Source: a virus
Lineage: Duplodnaviria > Caudoviricetes
DNA: 43,506 nucleotides
IMG/VR virus record: IMGVR_UViG_3300025018_000242
Coordinates: 1-43,506 of that record
Direction: 5' to 3' (one strand)
This document shows positions 18,167-29,331 of this stretch, one piece after another. Under the pieces are notes generated by a model. That model saw nothing but the letters and a program-made list of their open reading frames with translations. It ran no database searches and was not told where the DNA came from. Position 1 is the first letter of the stretch; every line of letters starts with the position of its first letter. Position numbers and translations under genes: made by a program.

Positions 18167-19819
18167 ATGGTTAAGCGCCGCTTCCTTTTACAGAACATTC
18201 AAGGGTTAACTCCAGCAGTCGACGCTCGACAGTCTGAGAATTTAGCCTTTGTTTTACATGGGAGAAATTATATTGTTGACTCGAAAGGGCCTAAATCGTT
18301 TTTTGCATCGCGTTTAGTAAACCGTTGTGTGCCAGTGGACGCTTTACCCAATGCTGCAAATGTGCAGTCTGGCGCAGATTTAATATTCACTAGGGACAGT
18401 GCCGGGTTTTTTTCAAGCACTACATTAAATGAGTGGCAATTTAATAGAATTTTTACTTACCCCGCCCCGATTAGGACCGACTTCATTTGGCGCAGGTGGA
18501 CTACGGCATTCGTCGGAGCGACCTTATTCATAGCGCACCCAGGAATTGGTTTATGGAAAAGGACTGTGACCGGGTTTGTTCAAGTGGACCCCGGCATTGC
18601 TGGGCCGCAGGCTATTGTAGAGACTAATGGCCGTTTGGTAGTATTGGGGTCAACCGCAGTTGCTTGGTCAGGCCCGGCTAATCCAGAGGATTTTACTCCA
18701 GCATTAGGTGGTGCTGGATTTCAGATTATTTCAGAAAGGATCTCCGGGGCGCCATTTATGCTAACCACAAACGCATCAGGTTACATTGTTTGGACCACGT
18801 CGGGGTCACTGGTTGGCGAATTTATTGCGGGCGATTTAGTCTTTCGCCACTATATTTCGAGGCATTCACATAAACCGATTAACGATATGGCATATGTTAG
18901 GATGCCGGATAATAGCTATTTAATCTGCACACGGCAGGGTATTTTTACGCTAGCTGAAAACAATGAGCCTGCCCCAGCTACTCCAGTATTTAATGAGTTT
19001 TTCAGAGAGCTTATTAAAACTGTGCAAGATGCTGGTTTGCGAATTAGGCTTGATTATGACCGCGAATCAGACTTACTGTTTTTACAGTTACGTAATGAGT
19101 CAACTTTTTTCAACACGACTTTCGTGCTCACAGTTGCTATAGATAAGTGGGGCGAGTTCAACCAAAGCCACCTAGGAATAATTGAACTTGGGATAAAAAC
19201 GGAACCAGTTAGAAGTCTAATTGGTTACGTAGATACTAAAGGGATTGCGCATCGGTTTATTCCGTATGGTTCAAGTAGGGAAGTAGCACATGGTGTTTTC
19301 GAGGGATTGGACTCAGAAGTGGTTTTAGGCCCTTTGCGCGCACCTGATTTATTACAACAGTTTTATGATGTAGAGCAGGAGTTACAAGGGTTCTTTCTAA
19401 GTAACCACGCCCGCCCTGAATGGAGCCAAAATCTGATTGAGCAGTTAGATGAGAATAACGGCACAGCTTTAATTGATGAGGGAATTGATCTTTTAACAGG
19501 TATGCCGAATACTCCAATTGAGGAGTCTGATAGTCATACACCATTTCCGCATACTACTAATAGGGTAAGTGTAATAGCCGATTGGTCCGGTTTTGATCCA
19601 GCCGGTTTTCTATTCCACGGGTCCACTGACCCTTCAATTCAAATGGCGGTCGAGAGCGTGCCCAGTGTCTCTCATGCGCAGGTATCGGGTATTCACTATA
19701 CTACACTATCACCGGGTATTTGGCACCGGGTCCGCATTAAAGCCGTGGATGTAAACGAGTATTTTCATATTACCGCAGGTGAGTTCACCTTTGATCTTTC
19801 AGGGCGCCTAGGAACGTAA
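18167..19819 (+). CDS. Tail nozzle / DNA stabilisation protein (tubular protein B, P22 gp10-like)
   Basis: 550 aa, beta-propeller-like (NGRLVVLG...AWSG..NPEDF); precedes the ejection genes. Confidence 0.65.
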   Translation: MVKRRFLLQNIQGLTPAVDARQSENLAFVLHGRNYIVDSKGPKSFFASRLVNRCVPVDALPNAANVQSGADLIFTRDSAGFFSSTTLNEWQFNRIFTYPAPIRTDFIWRRWTTAFVGATLFIAHPGIGLWKRTVTGFVQVDPGIAGPQAIVETNGRLVVLGSTAVAWSGPANPEDFTPALGGAGFQIISERISGAPFMLTTNASGYIVWTTSGSLVGEFIAGDLVFRHYISRHSHKPINDMAYVRMPDNSYLICTRQGIFTLAENNEPAPATPVFNEFFRELIKTVQDAGLRIRLDYDRESDLLFLQLRNESTFFNTTFVLTVAIDKWGEFNQSHLGIIELGIKTEPVRSLIGYVDTKGIAHRFIPYGSSREVAHGVFEGLDSEVVLGPLRAPDLLQQFYDVEQELQGFFLSNHARPEWSQNLIEQLDENNGTALIDEGIDLLTGMPNTPIEESDSHTPFPHTTNRVSVIADWSGFDPAGFLFHGSTDPSIQMAVESVPSVSHAQVSGIHYTTLSPGIWHRVRIKAVDVNEYFHITAGEFTFDLSGRLGT

Positions 19820-19843
19820 ACAACTGTAGAATAGGAGAAACAA

Positions 19844-20488
19844 ATGGGGCTTTTTAGCGGGATTGGTAAAGCCTTGGGAGGGATATTTGCCACATCAACT
19901 ACAACATCTTCTAAGGCCGCAAGTAAATCAACCACGGCGGGTGAACAGACTGATTTACCCCCGGAGCTATTAGCAAGCCTTCGAAGCTTATTTCAAAATA
20001 CAGTTGGCGGTGATGCTGGGGCTGCGGTGCAGAGCGCCGGGGTTAATAGGTTGAATAGCTTAAATGGCTTCAATCCTGAGCAGTTTGCAAATGATGTATC
20101 TAACCAAGCTGCGGTTGAGGCCGGTTTAAATTTAGAGTCCAGTGTTAATGATGTGCTGTCCAGAGCAGGCGGAGGTAATGGCTCCTCACAGGCGGCTTTA
20201 ATTACCAATCGCCTGCGCAACAATACTGCGGCTACTTTGGCAGGCACTAGAGCGGCGGCCCGTGCTACTGGCGAACAAATTGCTACTCAAGGCATTGGGC
20301 AGGCTTCGGGCGACTTAAATCAACTTTTGGCCACAATTATTCAAGGCACTAGAGGCTCTTCTGTGAGCGGTAAATTAACTGAAGATGCGACGCAAACCGG
20401 TAAAGCTACCAGTAAAAATAACCCAGGTCTTGGCGGTTTCTTTAAAGGGCTGGCATCCATTTCAGCTGGTTTGGGCGGAGCGCAGTAA
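19844..20488 (+). CDS. Internal virion / ejection protein
   Basis: MGLFSGIGKALGG start; Gly/Ala/Ser-rich. Confidence 0.6.
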   Translation: MGLFSGIGKALGGIFATSTTTSSKAASKSTTAGEQTDLPPELLASLRSLFQNTVGGDAGAAVQSAGVNRLNSLNGFNPEQFANDVSNQAAVEAGLNLESSVNDVLSRAGGGNGSSQAALITNRLRNNTAATLAGTRAAARATGEQIATQGIGQASGDLNQLLATIIQGTRGSSVSGKLTEDATQTGKATSKNNPGLGGFFKGLASISAGLGGAQ

Positions 20489-21234
20489 TGGCAACTATTA
20501 GGCAACTTCCCCGAGCGGATACGCAATCGCTTGATACTATTGTGATTGCCCAAGGCGCAATTTATGTAGACACTAGTAGGAATGAGCTGCGGCTGGGTGA
20601 TGGAGTAACGCCAGGTGGTATTCGTATTCTATCATTTGACCAATTGCGAAATCAGTTTTTAAGTGCAACTGACGGATTAGGCGCGCAGGTAGGTTTTCCA
20701 GAAAGCGGTGGCGGGTTCTTAGCGCGCTTAGTGGATAATACTTTCGTTCTTCGCGCATTGACAGTTGGGCCGGGATTGGAGATAGGGCAACCACTTGGCG
20801 CCACAGCAGATCCTAAGTATCAAATCGACACCATATGGTTAGATGATTTGCTCAATGGGCGGTTAGCAACTGTTGCAGAGCTTCGGAGTAGAGCACCTAA
20901 TAAAACTTTTGGAACTACATCCACCTTTGCTGCAAATGAGTATGTGGCATTACTAGACACACCAATTATTGCAAGTGACTTACTAACTGGTTGGAACTTT
21001 AAAGTAGCTATCACGGCAGATCGAACATTGGGATTGCCTAGTAATATTGTTATTCAATCTGGGCTATACTCAATTCAAGCCTCGCTTGGGCCCAGATTAA
21101 TTACACTTGCCGCAGGCTGGCTCGATCCGCAAGGGTTGTTCCCCATTTCCTTACTAACCAATCAGCGGGTTTTTCTAAATTATTTTGTTACCGATACCTT
21201 ACAGATTGTAATTTCTGGGGCAATTGTGGTTTAA
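20488..21234 (+). CDS. Short fibre / needle protein with Mtd-N (hyaluronidase N-terminal-like) domain
   Basis: QLPRA...GAIYVDTSRNELRLGDGVTPGG signature. Confidence 0.65.
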   Translation: MATIRQLPRADTQSLDTIVIAQGAIYVDTSRNELRLGDGVTPGGIRILSFDQLRNQFLSATDGLGAQVGFPESGGGFLARLVDNTFVLRALTVGPGLEIGQPLGATADPKYQIDTIWLDDLLNGRLATVAELRSRAPNKTFGTTSTFAANEYVALLDTPIIASDLLTGWNFKVAITADRTLGLPSNIVIQSGLYSIQASLGPRLITLAAGWLDPQGLFPISLLTNQRVFLNYFVTDTLQIVISGAIVV

Positions 21235-21288
21235 GCAAGCCATAAATCTGCAAAGATTTGCAAAGACTTGGAAATAGGGAGCTGGCAC

Positions 21289-23754
21289 ATGACCGATAAC
21301 ATTTTCCAATCAACTCTCGACGGGTTAAGTAACCTAATCAATGCTACTGAAACGCGTCAGGCAGCCGCAGTAAATACTGCAAAGCAGGTCAATCAAAGTG
21401 TTAAGCGCAATTCAGATATTCAAACTCAATTTGACGCTACTAATTTAGATAGCATCTCAACAACTGCGGAGTTAGCAATTGATGTAGCAGCCACCGCGGA
21501 ACGAGCAGCGCGGAATAAGGAGGCTATTGTTAAATCGGCTAATGCACAGATCACCCCTATTCGTGATGGGGTCTTGGCGCGGCGTAATGCTGCGGAAGAA
21601 GCCCGGAGATTAACTGACTCAGGTCGCTTTAGTGACCGAGTAAATTTAGGCCTAAAAGCTATTTTGCAGCCAGGGCTATTTAATCCTGAATTACGGGCTA
21701 AAAGAAATCAAGAAGATGCTGCTACGCTATCATTGCTGGGGGCAACAACTGATGCGGAATTAAATGCGCTACAAGCACAGTTGGATGTTAAAGCTAAGGG
21801 CTTTCAAAAATTACTAACAATTGAAGAACAGCGCAGGGCAACTGAAAAAATTGCAGCAGAGACTGGGATTACACATAATAATAATCTTGTAACCATTGCT
21901 CGCTCTGAGCAGGACATTGCTATCGTTCAGGAGGAAATCGCACTAGAGCGGGCAAACCGGGCTGGGAAAAAGACGGAGGCTTTAACTAACACAATCGCAA
22001 ATGAGTTGCAATTAGTATCGGCTGTAGTTAGCTCATTAACTGCACAAGAGGTTGATGCAGCTTTGAATAGCGGAATAATTGAAGGCACTGATCGAGTGGA
22101 GGTTAATGGGGTGCAAATTCCGTTAGCTGATTTAAATAACCGCCAAGTTGCCCTGCGTGAAAGGCAGTTTGCTAACTTAGTAACAGCTGAAGGCAGCTCT
22201 AGCGCTAAGTTACTTGAGCTAGCGCAGAAGAAAGTGCTTGGCTCTATGACGCAACCTGAGTTAGAAGCTTTGCAAAATAACAATAATACTGATGATGCCG
22301 GTAATCAGTTTCCTCGCGAAATGGTGCAGCAGAATTTACAGATCGCCCAGCAGGCTCAAGCAAATAAAATTAATGCAAGTGTCCGCGATGCCCAATTAGC
22401 TTCACAGCCGCAAACTGCTTTAACCTCTGCGGCGCAGCAGATGACCAATTTAAGTGGGAGCCTTGGCGTATCAAGCCCTTTACAGAATACCATTACTGCC
22501 ACTAGGATACAACTAGGCAATGCCCAAGCCGCACTAGACAGTGGTGATCCCTTAGCCGCATTAGCTATTACCGATCAGGCTACTAAACAGTTTGAAATTG
22601 CTGCGGCCACTCAAGCCAAGCGAGAGGCCTTTGGGGATAAAGCTACTGAAGCTTTATTAACTGACTTTTTTACTACTGGCCGAGTTAATGTCAGTCAAGT
22701 CACCGAAGTCGCCAGCGACCGGCTTTCTAATGGTAAATCATTGGTTGGGTTATTCCCTGAGGAAACTAGACGAGCCATTCAAGATACCTATAATTCTGAA
22801 CGGTTGCGGTTAACCAAGGAAGCCACGGAAGGATCACCATTTCAAAAGTTATCTAATGAGGAACAGAAAAGTTTAAAGCGCCAAGCTGCCGAGATTGCAA
22901 TTACTCAAGGCGGGCAGAACAGCGGGATTGCAGTAGCTACTTTTGCAGAGAGCAAGCAGGTCGAGGTTAATGGTAACCCATTGCAAGGTAAATTAACTAG
23001 TGGTGAAATGCAAGGATTACGGGCGGCATCAAAGACTCGGGCAATCTCTGTCCTCTCAGAACAATTCAATATAGACCCCGGTAAAATCCGGATTGCTTTA
23101 AGTTCTGGCGAAGTGCCGGAAGCTATGCGGGAAGCTTTTCCAGATTTTAAAACGTTCCAATCAGAGGCTGGTTTCTTAGCAGTAGTCGCACTGCAAGAGC
23201 AATTAGGTAATGAAACATCTGATGCCTTGACCAGCTGGGCAGAGCGTGAAGGCGTTAAGTTTATTGGCCAATTAGCCAATTCGCTACCCGGCAACGGAGA
23301 AGGTTTTTCCAGTGCGGTTGGAGCGGCATTAAGCGCCGAAGTGGCCAGAGAAGAATGGTTAGACTATGCTACCACTATGGCTTCAGTAAGTAAATCGCGG
23401 CAGGCTCAAATGGCTGAAAAGGCGGCGGCTTTGACAGAGCAAACTGATGTTGTGCGCACGCAGGAATTGCTATTAAGTAGTATGTCCGATTTAACTCCTG
23501 AAGATAAAAAAGCCCTCTGGCCCTTAATTCTAGCTGAAGCCAATCAAGTTAGGCGGACAAACATTCCAAGGTCTGAGGTAAACACTGAGATTTTAAGACG
23601 ACTGAATACTATTAACACTAAAAACTTTGGCTCTAGTATGCAGCGTGCAATAAAACTATACTCGGCTCAATTTGCCGAACGCTCCCAGCTTCTTAAAGAC
23701 TTGGGGAATACTTTACAAACCGGCGCTGAGTTTACAAAATCTGGAGGGCAGTAA
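21289..23754 (+). CDS. Internal virion / ejection protein (start revised from 21268)
   Basis: GGGAG SD before ATG 21289; Ala/Gln-rich helical protein before the largest ORF. Confidence 0.6.
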   Translation: MTDNIFQSTLDGLSNLINATETRQAAAVNTAKQVNQSVKRNSDIQTQFDATNLDSISTTAELAIDVAATAERAARNKEAIVKSANAQITPIRDGVLARRNAAEEARRLTDSGRFSDRVNLGLKAILQPGLFNPELRAKRNQEDAATLSLLGATTDAELNALQAQLDVKAKGFQKLLTIEEQRRATEKIAAETGITHNNNLVTIARSEQDIAIVQEEIALERANRAGKKTEALTNTIANELQLVSAVVSSLTAQEVDAALNSGIIEGTDRVEVNGVQIPLADLNNRQVALRERQFANLVTAEGSSSAKLLELAQKKVLGSMTQPELEALQNNNNTDDAGNQFPREMVQQNLQIAQQAQANKINASVRDAQLASQPQTALTSAAQQMTNLSGSLGVSSPLQNTITATRIQLGNAQAALDSGDPLAALAITDQATKQFEIAAATQAKREAFGDKATEALLTDFFTTGRVNVSQVTEVASDRLSNGKSLVGLFPEETRRAIQDTYNSERLRLTKEATEGSPFQKLSNEEQKSLKRQAAEIAITQGGQNSGIAVATFAESKQVEVNGNPLQGKLTSGEMQGLRAASKTRAISVLSEQFNIDPGKIRIALSSGEVPEAMREAFPDFKTFQSEAGFLAVVALQEQLGNETSDALTSWAEREGVKFIGQLANSLPGNGEGFSSAVGAALSAEVAREEWLDYATTMASVSKSRQAQMAEKAAALTEQTDVVRTQELLLSSMSDLTPEDKKALWPLILAEANQVRRTNIPRSEVNTEILRRLNTINTKNFGSSMQRAIKLYSAQFAERSQLLKDLGNTLQTGAEFTKSGGQ

Positions 23755-23756
23755 GT

Positions 23757-26700
23757 ATGACACTTTTTAATGAAGATAATCCAGTTATTCGTAGCATGGC
23801 GGATCGAAACAATTCGAGGTTCGCACGCTCTAGCACATCTCAATTATCCCCCGAGCGCCGTGAGTCATTAACTGAAAAATTCTTTGGCTCCGAACGGGCA
23901 AGGCAGGAACGAAACCAACGGCAGGAGACCGGGCTAAACTTCATTGAAAAAACCTTGGCGTTTTCCGCCGCAGTCCCATTGGATCTCCTAGATACCGTTG
24001 CAAGTTCTGTAAGTGATATTACTGATGCTACACTAGGTATTGACTTTGCAGATCGCGGAGATGTCTTTAGAACGGCTGAGAAGTTAGGCCCGGTGGGGCA
24101 AGCTTTGAATGATTTTTATACTGCAAATGAGGGGCTAGTTGAAATTACTTCGGGGGTTGCCGGGGCCATTCTTACTGGGTATTTCGCATCCGCGAAAGTG
24201 TTACCAGCTATCGGTAATGCGTTAACTCGTTCAAGCGCAGTAACCGGTTCTAGCCTTTTTCAGCGCGGAGCAGCTTTAAATGCCGCCACGCGCGCTGCCG
24301 TTGAAACGAAGAATTTGGAGCTTGCGCACAAAGGAGCCATGCTCGGCGGGGTCCTATCGGCTGAAGGCGCTGCATTTACCGGCCTTCAAATTGCTAAGAC
24401 GACTGGAACGCTCTTTGCGGAAGAAGCGGCTATTTTAACTTTAATGCACACAAATGATTTAATCTGGGATCCGGAAGATATCGCATCAAATCTTTTCTTT
24501 TCCCTTGTAGTGCCAACTGCGCTAGGGGTGGGAATTGGTGGGCTTTCGGCGCGGCGGGCCTTAAGAGGAATGGCTAACGATCCAGTTGTTAAGTCTATCA
24601 GAGCACAGGCACAGGATACTGTGGGGATTACCTTAGCCGTTGAGAACAATTTGCCAATTGCGTCTAGAAATCTAGCTAAATCAACGGTTGAAAATCGGGC
24701 AGGATTAAGTCCTAAGATTACTCGGCATGCTTTAGGTGCTACAGTCCAGGTGCCGGATAATACTGCTGGACTTTCGTCTTTAGTCGATGCTACTCGTGTT
24801 GGTGAAAGAGAGAATTTAAAACTATCATTGCAAAAGGCCGGTTTTGATGGGCCACAAACTAGATTGTGGGTGGAAAGTAGATTGCGCGATGACCCATTAG
24901 CGCTGCATGGCCTGGAAACTATTATACCGAAAAACGGCGAAAAGGCCGTGGCAAAGCTGCGCAATAAATTAGCTGATGTAAACGCCACCATCGCTAAAGC
25001 TAACCCGCTTTCCGCACAGTTTAAAGAAATGGAAGTAACCGCGGAAGCACTTAAAAGTAAGCTAGAAAGAACCGCTGTTAATATTGAGGGGCTTTGGTTA
25101 AACCTTTCTGAGGCTGAAGACTTAATTAAGGTTGCTGCGCGGCGCCCAATTATTATAAACAATCTAGAAGGTGGGGAGAGCGGTGCAGTTAACGTTATTC
25201 TTAGCAATGGGAAACCTTCCCAAGTCTCCTTCTCTGGCACTGGGTTAAGGCCTAAGATCATTGAGAAGTTAGATACTCGAGATCGTTTAGCGGTTGTGGA
25301 TGGGTTTAAGGAGGTTTCAAAAGATTTAATTAAGCGTGGAAAAACGCTTCAGTTGCGCGATCCTGAAAATCTTCATTGGCTTGAAATTGACGCGGCCATT
25401 TTTCATGCAACCCGTGGCGGGAAGATTACATTGCCGTCAAGCATAAAAGACATTAGTGAGTTAGAAGCCATCAGCCTGCGAAAGAAAGGGGATGAATTAG
25501 CTAAATTGGCTAAGACTGACCCAGCCCGCCCGGTGCTTGCCGAGGCAGCGGATTTTATTCATTTTAATTTACCTGCCCCGTCATTCTCCGAGCGGGTGAG
25601 TGGTGAGTTAGGTGAAACTACAAAATCCTTATTAGATGCAGCTCGCAAGGGTTCAACCACAAATGAGTTGCGGCAACTTAAACAAAGCCTTCAGAAAATC
25701 GCAGGTTTCTCGAAGCAGCAGGAAACCACAACGCCGCTCCTGGGTAATTTATTTGACATTCGTGAGGCTTTAGATGACCCAGCTAGAGCACCGGTGTTTG
25801 CTATTATAGACTCCGGCGGTTTCTCTCAGCAGGATAGAATAATTGAGTCAGTTACAGAGCGATTAATTGAGGACCGCCTGGCGGCTTTATCGATTTTGAC
25901 CGCACCGCAAAAAGGGACTGCCCAGAGTTTTGTTAAAGTATTGACGGAAAGCATTATTGCAACTGATGATTTTGTGCAAGCATCTAGAGTTAGCGGGCTC
26001 GCTGATGATCAAGTGACAGGGCTGGGTAATGCGATTAATCAAATAGCGGGCGAGACTAGGACGCAGGAATTTCGTGCAAGGGATAACCCAGCCATGCTTG
26101 GTTTAATTCGCACGGCGGAGCGCATGACTAGGGCGACAGATAACTTTGTTAGCGATTTATTTAAGCGGCATATGGCTGATGTGACTGAGAAGCTTTCTGG
26201 GCCAGGGTCTAGAATATCTAGGCAATTACTTAATACCTTTCACACGTATTCCCGCGGATGGAATATATCCGATGCTATACCTATTGCTAAGGCTAACGGG
26301 GACGGCAGTAATTTCGGGTTTATATTAGAAGCTACTGAGTCTAACGCAAAACGCTTAGGCACTACGGCTGATGAGATGAAAAAAGCTATAGACGCAGAGC
26401 GTCCGTTTTTACTAAAAAACCCCAACACTAATGCGGATTTAATACTTGACGCCGACGCGTTAGATTGGCAACTGCGGTTTAATAAAATGTCTACCGAATT
26501 GTTGCAAGAAACTAATCGGGCCAGAAACGCGCTGAATATTAAACCGTTAAATCAACGACTTTGGTATGTCCCTCCTGCCCCCACAAAAGATAAATTTGTT
26601 GGGTTTACTTTCGATGCAAATAACAATGTCATTCCCAATAAAGGCATCATCGCTGAAACGCAGACAGATTTTAATCGGCAGAAGGGATTAATTGAAAAAG

Positions 26701-28862
26701 AGTTAGGCGGCACAGTTCGCATTAGGACTAAAGAGCAGGCCCAATGGTATTTAGATACTTTCGATGAGGCTGAGATGGGATGGGTGGATCCAGCAAGATT
26801 AACTTCTCCGGTCGTAAGACAATCAGGTGGTCTATCACCTGCCTTAATTCAGCAGCAATCTATCCAAGACTCATTAGATTGGGCGAAAGATCGGGGCGAA
26901 GCGTTAGGCCGTAGTGTTCTGCGCGCGCTATTCGATGAGCAAATTAGAACCGCTCGTTTGCGGCATGATGTGGTTTCAACTATTTCGGGGCGTGGTAAAG
27001 AAAGCCGCACAATTTATCAGGAGTATGAGGCAACTGCTAGGGGGATACCGCTGTCTACATTGGAGTCATCTATTTCAGGGCGCAATGTTAGAGCATTGAC
27101 TGAGACTGGCCAGCAACTAATTGACACAGTTTGGCCAGCCTTGGAGCACTTTACCCCTCGTGCTGCAATTCGATTTGCTCAAGATGCAACACAAAGAATG
27201 GGTGTGCCGGAAGCTACGGTAAATAAAATATTTAGAAAAGGGGCTACCTATCAGTCTATCGCAGATGAGTTGGGCCCATTTTCTCCATATAAAAATTTCA
27301 CTGATTTCCTTGAACAGCAACATCAAATCAGCCAGCCCCCGCAAATTCGCGGGATTACTAGAAGCCTTAATGCATTAAGCGGGGCTTTAATTCTGCGGTA
27401 TGCTGATATCCACCAAGCCGGGATGAACCTATTCGGTTTAATCACGACGCTGCCCCCTATCGTTCGCGCGGGTGGCTCATCTATTAGCAACTTTGGCACG
27501 GGTAAGCGAGTTAAAATTGCCGATACTATGCGCATTTTAACCGGCGCTTTAGGTGATATGGTTAACCCAGCCACTTCCCGAGATTGGGAGATTATGCGGG
27601 CAAACGGGGACACTTCTCAATCCATCTTAGATTTCACTACTTTAATGTCGCAAGTTCGAGACCGCAGTTCTTTTGAGCGAGTTTTCCTTGGCAAGGGGAC
27701 AAGTAATGCAACCACTAGGGTTGGGCGGCTTTTTGAAAAGCGTGGGATCGATGGGCTATTAGGTGTAGCCACCGACAGCACGGAAAACTTCTCTCGGGCC
27801 TATGCCCATTTCGTAGGTCTGCGGACTGCTAGACTACTTGGGCACACCGATGAAGCCTCTGCGCACCAATTTGCGCGGGAATTAGCTAACCAGGGTATTG
27901 CGAATTACTCTATTGTAAACCGTCCGGAAGTTTTCCAATCAGCCTTTGGCTCGCTACTTGGGCTATTCACTTCGTGGTCCAGAACCTACAACCAAAAGTT
28001 ATTCCGATGGATGGAGAATGGTGACTTCGCTAGGGTGGGTGAGCAAATGGCAATTCAAACTGCGCTATTCGGAGTTAGTTCTAATGCAGGTTTTAACGCA
28101 CTCTCCGGTTTATTTGACTCTACAGTAGGGACCCGAGACTCAGAAGGCCAAGAAGTCCCCACTTTAGTTGACCGCATTTATTCACGGTTAGGTCCAGAAG
28201 CCGGCTCTGCGGTTTCGCATGGCGGTATTGCAGCATTAACCGGGATTGCACTTTGGACCCGCGGTGATACAAACATTAGAGCACCGTCGTTGGATCCTTT
28301 AAGAGTTGCCCCAGCCTTAGGGATATTAGGTAAGCTCGGCACAATTATAGGCGATACAGTCGTGTCCGGGGCAGACGCTGATTTAATGTCCGAGTCTTTA
28401 TCTCGTAATTTACCTAACCGTGCATTGCGCGGCATATGGACTGAATTAGTTGAAGGCGGCACTGAAACAGATGCGGCTGGTAGAGTAGTAACGGAAAGTC
28501 AATCTTTAGTTGACTCATTTGCTCGCATGACTGGGGTGCGTTCCGCCCGTCAGCAGGTTCAAGCTGAGTCATATTTTTCTAACCAGACTGCGATTAGAAA
28601 TGACGCGTTACGATTAACCCCGCTTCGGCAAAAGACCCGCTCACTACTGCGTAATAATAAGCTGACTGCGGAAAAATTTCAAGAAGTTTTTAATGCCTAC
28701 TTACAGGCTGGCGGCAACGCGGCAAACTTCACCGGGTGGATCCAATCTCAAATCCGCGAAACGGCATCGCCCCGAGACATCCGCCAATTGCAGCGCGCAT
28801 TAAATAACCCAAGCACTCAATTAAGGGTGCTTAGGCAAGATAATATATCCAGGAATTTTTAG
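23757..28862 (+). CDS. Large internal virion / ejection protein (1701 aa)
   Basis: Size, last position in the late arm, and N-terminal hydrophobic segments. Confidence 0.65.
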   Translation: MTLFNEDNPVIRSMADRNNSRFARSSTSQLSPERRESLTEKFFGSERARQERNQRQETGLNFIEKTLAFSAAVPLDLLDTVASSVSDITDATLGIDFADRGDVFRTAEKLGPVGQALNDFYTANEGLVEITSGVAGAILTGYFASAKVLPAIGNALTRSSAVTGSSLFQRGAALNAATRAAVETKNLELAHKGAMLGGVLSAEGAAFTGLQIAKTTGTLFAEEAAILTLMHTNDLIWDPEDIASNLFFSLVVPTALGVGIGGLSARRALRGMANDPVVKSIRAQAQDTVGITLAVENNLPIASRNLAKSTVENRAGLSPKITRHALGATVQVPDNTAGLSSLVDATRVGERENLKLSLQKAGFDGPQTRLWVESRLRDDPLALHGLETIIPKNGEKAVAKLRNKLADVNATIAKANPLSAQFKEMEVTAEALKSKLERTAVNIEGLWLNLSEAEDLIKVAARRPIIINNLEGGESGAVNVILSNGKPSQVSFSGTGLRPKIIEKLDTRDRLAVVDGFKEVSKDLIKRGKTLQLRDPENLHWLEIDAAIFHATRGGKITLPSSIKDISELEAISLRKKGDELAKLAKTDPARPVLAEAADFIHFNLPAPSFSERVSGELGETTKSLLDAARKGSTTNELRQLKQSLQKIAGFSKQQETTTPLLGNLFDIREALDDPARAPVFAIIDSGGFSQQDRIIESVTERLIEDRLAALSILTAPQKGTAQSFVKVLTESIIATDDFVQASRVSGLADDQVTGLGNAINQIAGETRTQEFRARDNPAMLGLIRTAERMTRATDNFVSDLFKRHMADVTEKLSGPGSRISRQLLNTFHTYSRGWNISDAIPIAKANGDGSNFGFILEATESNAKRLGTTADEMKKAIDAERPFLLKNPNTNADLILDADALDWQLRFNKMSTELLQETNRARNALNIKPLNQRLWYVPPAPTKDKFVGFTFDANNNVIPNKGIIAETQTDFNRQKGLIEKELGGTVRIRTKEQAQWYLDTFDEAEMGWVDPARLTSPVVRQSGGLSPALIQQQSIQDSLDWAKDRGEALGRSVLRALFDEQIRTARLRHDVVSTISGRGKESRTIYQEYEATARGIPLSTLESSISGRNVRALTETGQQLIDTVWPALEHFTPRAAIRFAQDATQRMGVPEATVNKIFRKGATYQSIADELGPFSPYKNFTDFLEQQHQISQPPQIRGITRSLNALSGALILRYADIHQAGMNLFGLITTLPPIVRAGGSSISNFGTGKRVKIADTMRILTGALGDMVNPATSRDWEIMRANGDTSQSILDFTTLMSQVRDRSSFERVFLGKGTSNATTRVGRLFEKRGIDGLLGVATDSTENFSRAYAHFVGLRTARLLGHTDEASAHQFARELANQGIANYSIVNRPEVFQSAFGSLLGLFTSWSRTYNQKLFRWMENGDFARVGEQMAIQTALFGVSSNAGFNALSGLFDSTVGTRDSEGQEVPTLVDRIYSRLGPEAGSAVSHGGIAALTGIALWTRGDTNIRAPSLDPLRVAPALGILGKLGTIIGDTVVSGADADLMSESLSRNLPNRALRGIWTELVEGGTETDAAGRVVTESQSLVDSFARMTGVRSARQQVQAESYFSNQTAIRNDALRLTPLRQKTRSLLRNNKLTAEKFQEVFNAYLQAGGNAANFTGWIQSQIRETASPRDIRQLQRALNNPSTQLRVLRQDNISRNF

Positions 28863-28893
28863 AGCATTGGGCGGGTGGGGTAAATAAAGTAAG

Positions 28894-29331
28894 TTAAATA
28901 AGCCCGAGCCGCTCATTGTTTACTTTACGAACGCAGGTGATGCACAAGCGGTTGCCTGCATTATTCGATACGAACATGTCATGGCATCTAATGCACTCAC
29001 GCAATGCGGTCTTTGCTGGGTTTCTCGGTTCTTTATTTTCTCTGGCGGCCCGGGCCAGTCTAGCTTCTCTGGCGGCCTTGTGTGATTTATGCTTTTTTAG
29101 ATTTTCATAATTCCGATCTTCCTCGTAATCTAAGATTGCCTGTAAGGCTAGATAAATATTATGCGGTATTGTGTTGGCATTGCAGCCAATGGCATTTGCA
29201 ATAGCTTCATCTGACATTCCCATTCTGTGCATATTACATAAACTGCGAAGCTTTGCAATATTCGGTGGATCAGTTTCAACCGGCTCACCGATACTATTTT
29301 TTTTACTTACTCTATCCATCTCTGCCTCCAT
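28894..29331 (-). CDS. HTH plus C4 zinc-finger protein, putative transcription regulator
   Basis: MSDEAIANAIGCNANTI HTH-like segment; CxxC-x12-CxxC (RECIRCHDMFVSNNAGNRLCITC). Confidence 0.6.
   Translation of the reverse strand: MEAEMDRVSKKNSIGEPVETDPPNIAKLRSLCNMHRMGMSDEAIANAIGCNANTIPHNIYLALQAILDYEEDRNYENLKKHKSHKAAREARLARAARENKEPRNPAKTALRECIRCHDMFVSNNAGNRLCITCVRKVNNERLGLI

Noticed and set aside
24386-25261. 291-aa antisense ORF, and other antisense ORFs in the track
   Set aside because: These are shadow frames of long sense genes, with no SD or motifs.
28863-28893. Bidirectional terminator at the convergence of the two arms
   Set aside because: No convincing hairpin with U-tracts in the 31-nt gap.
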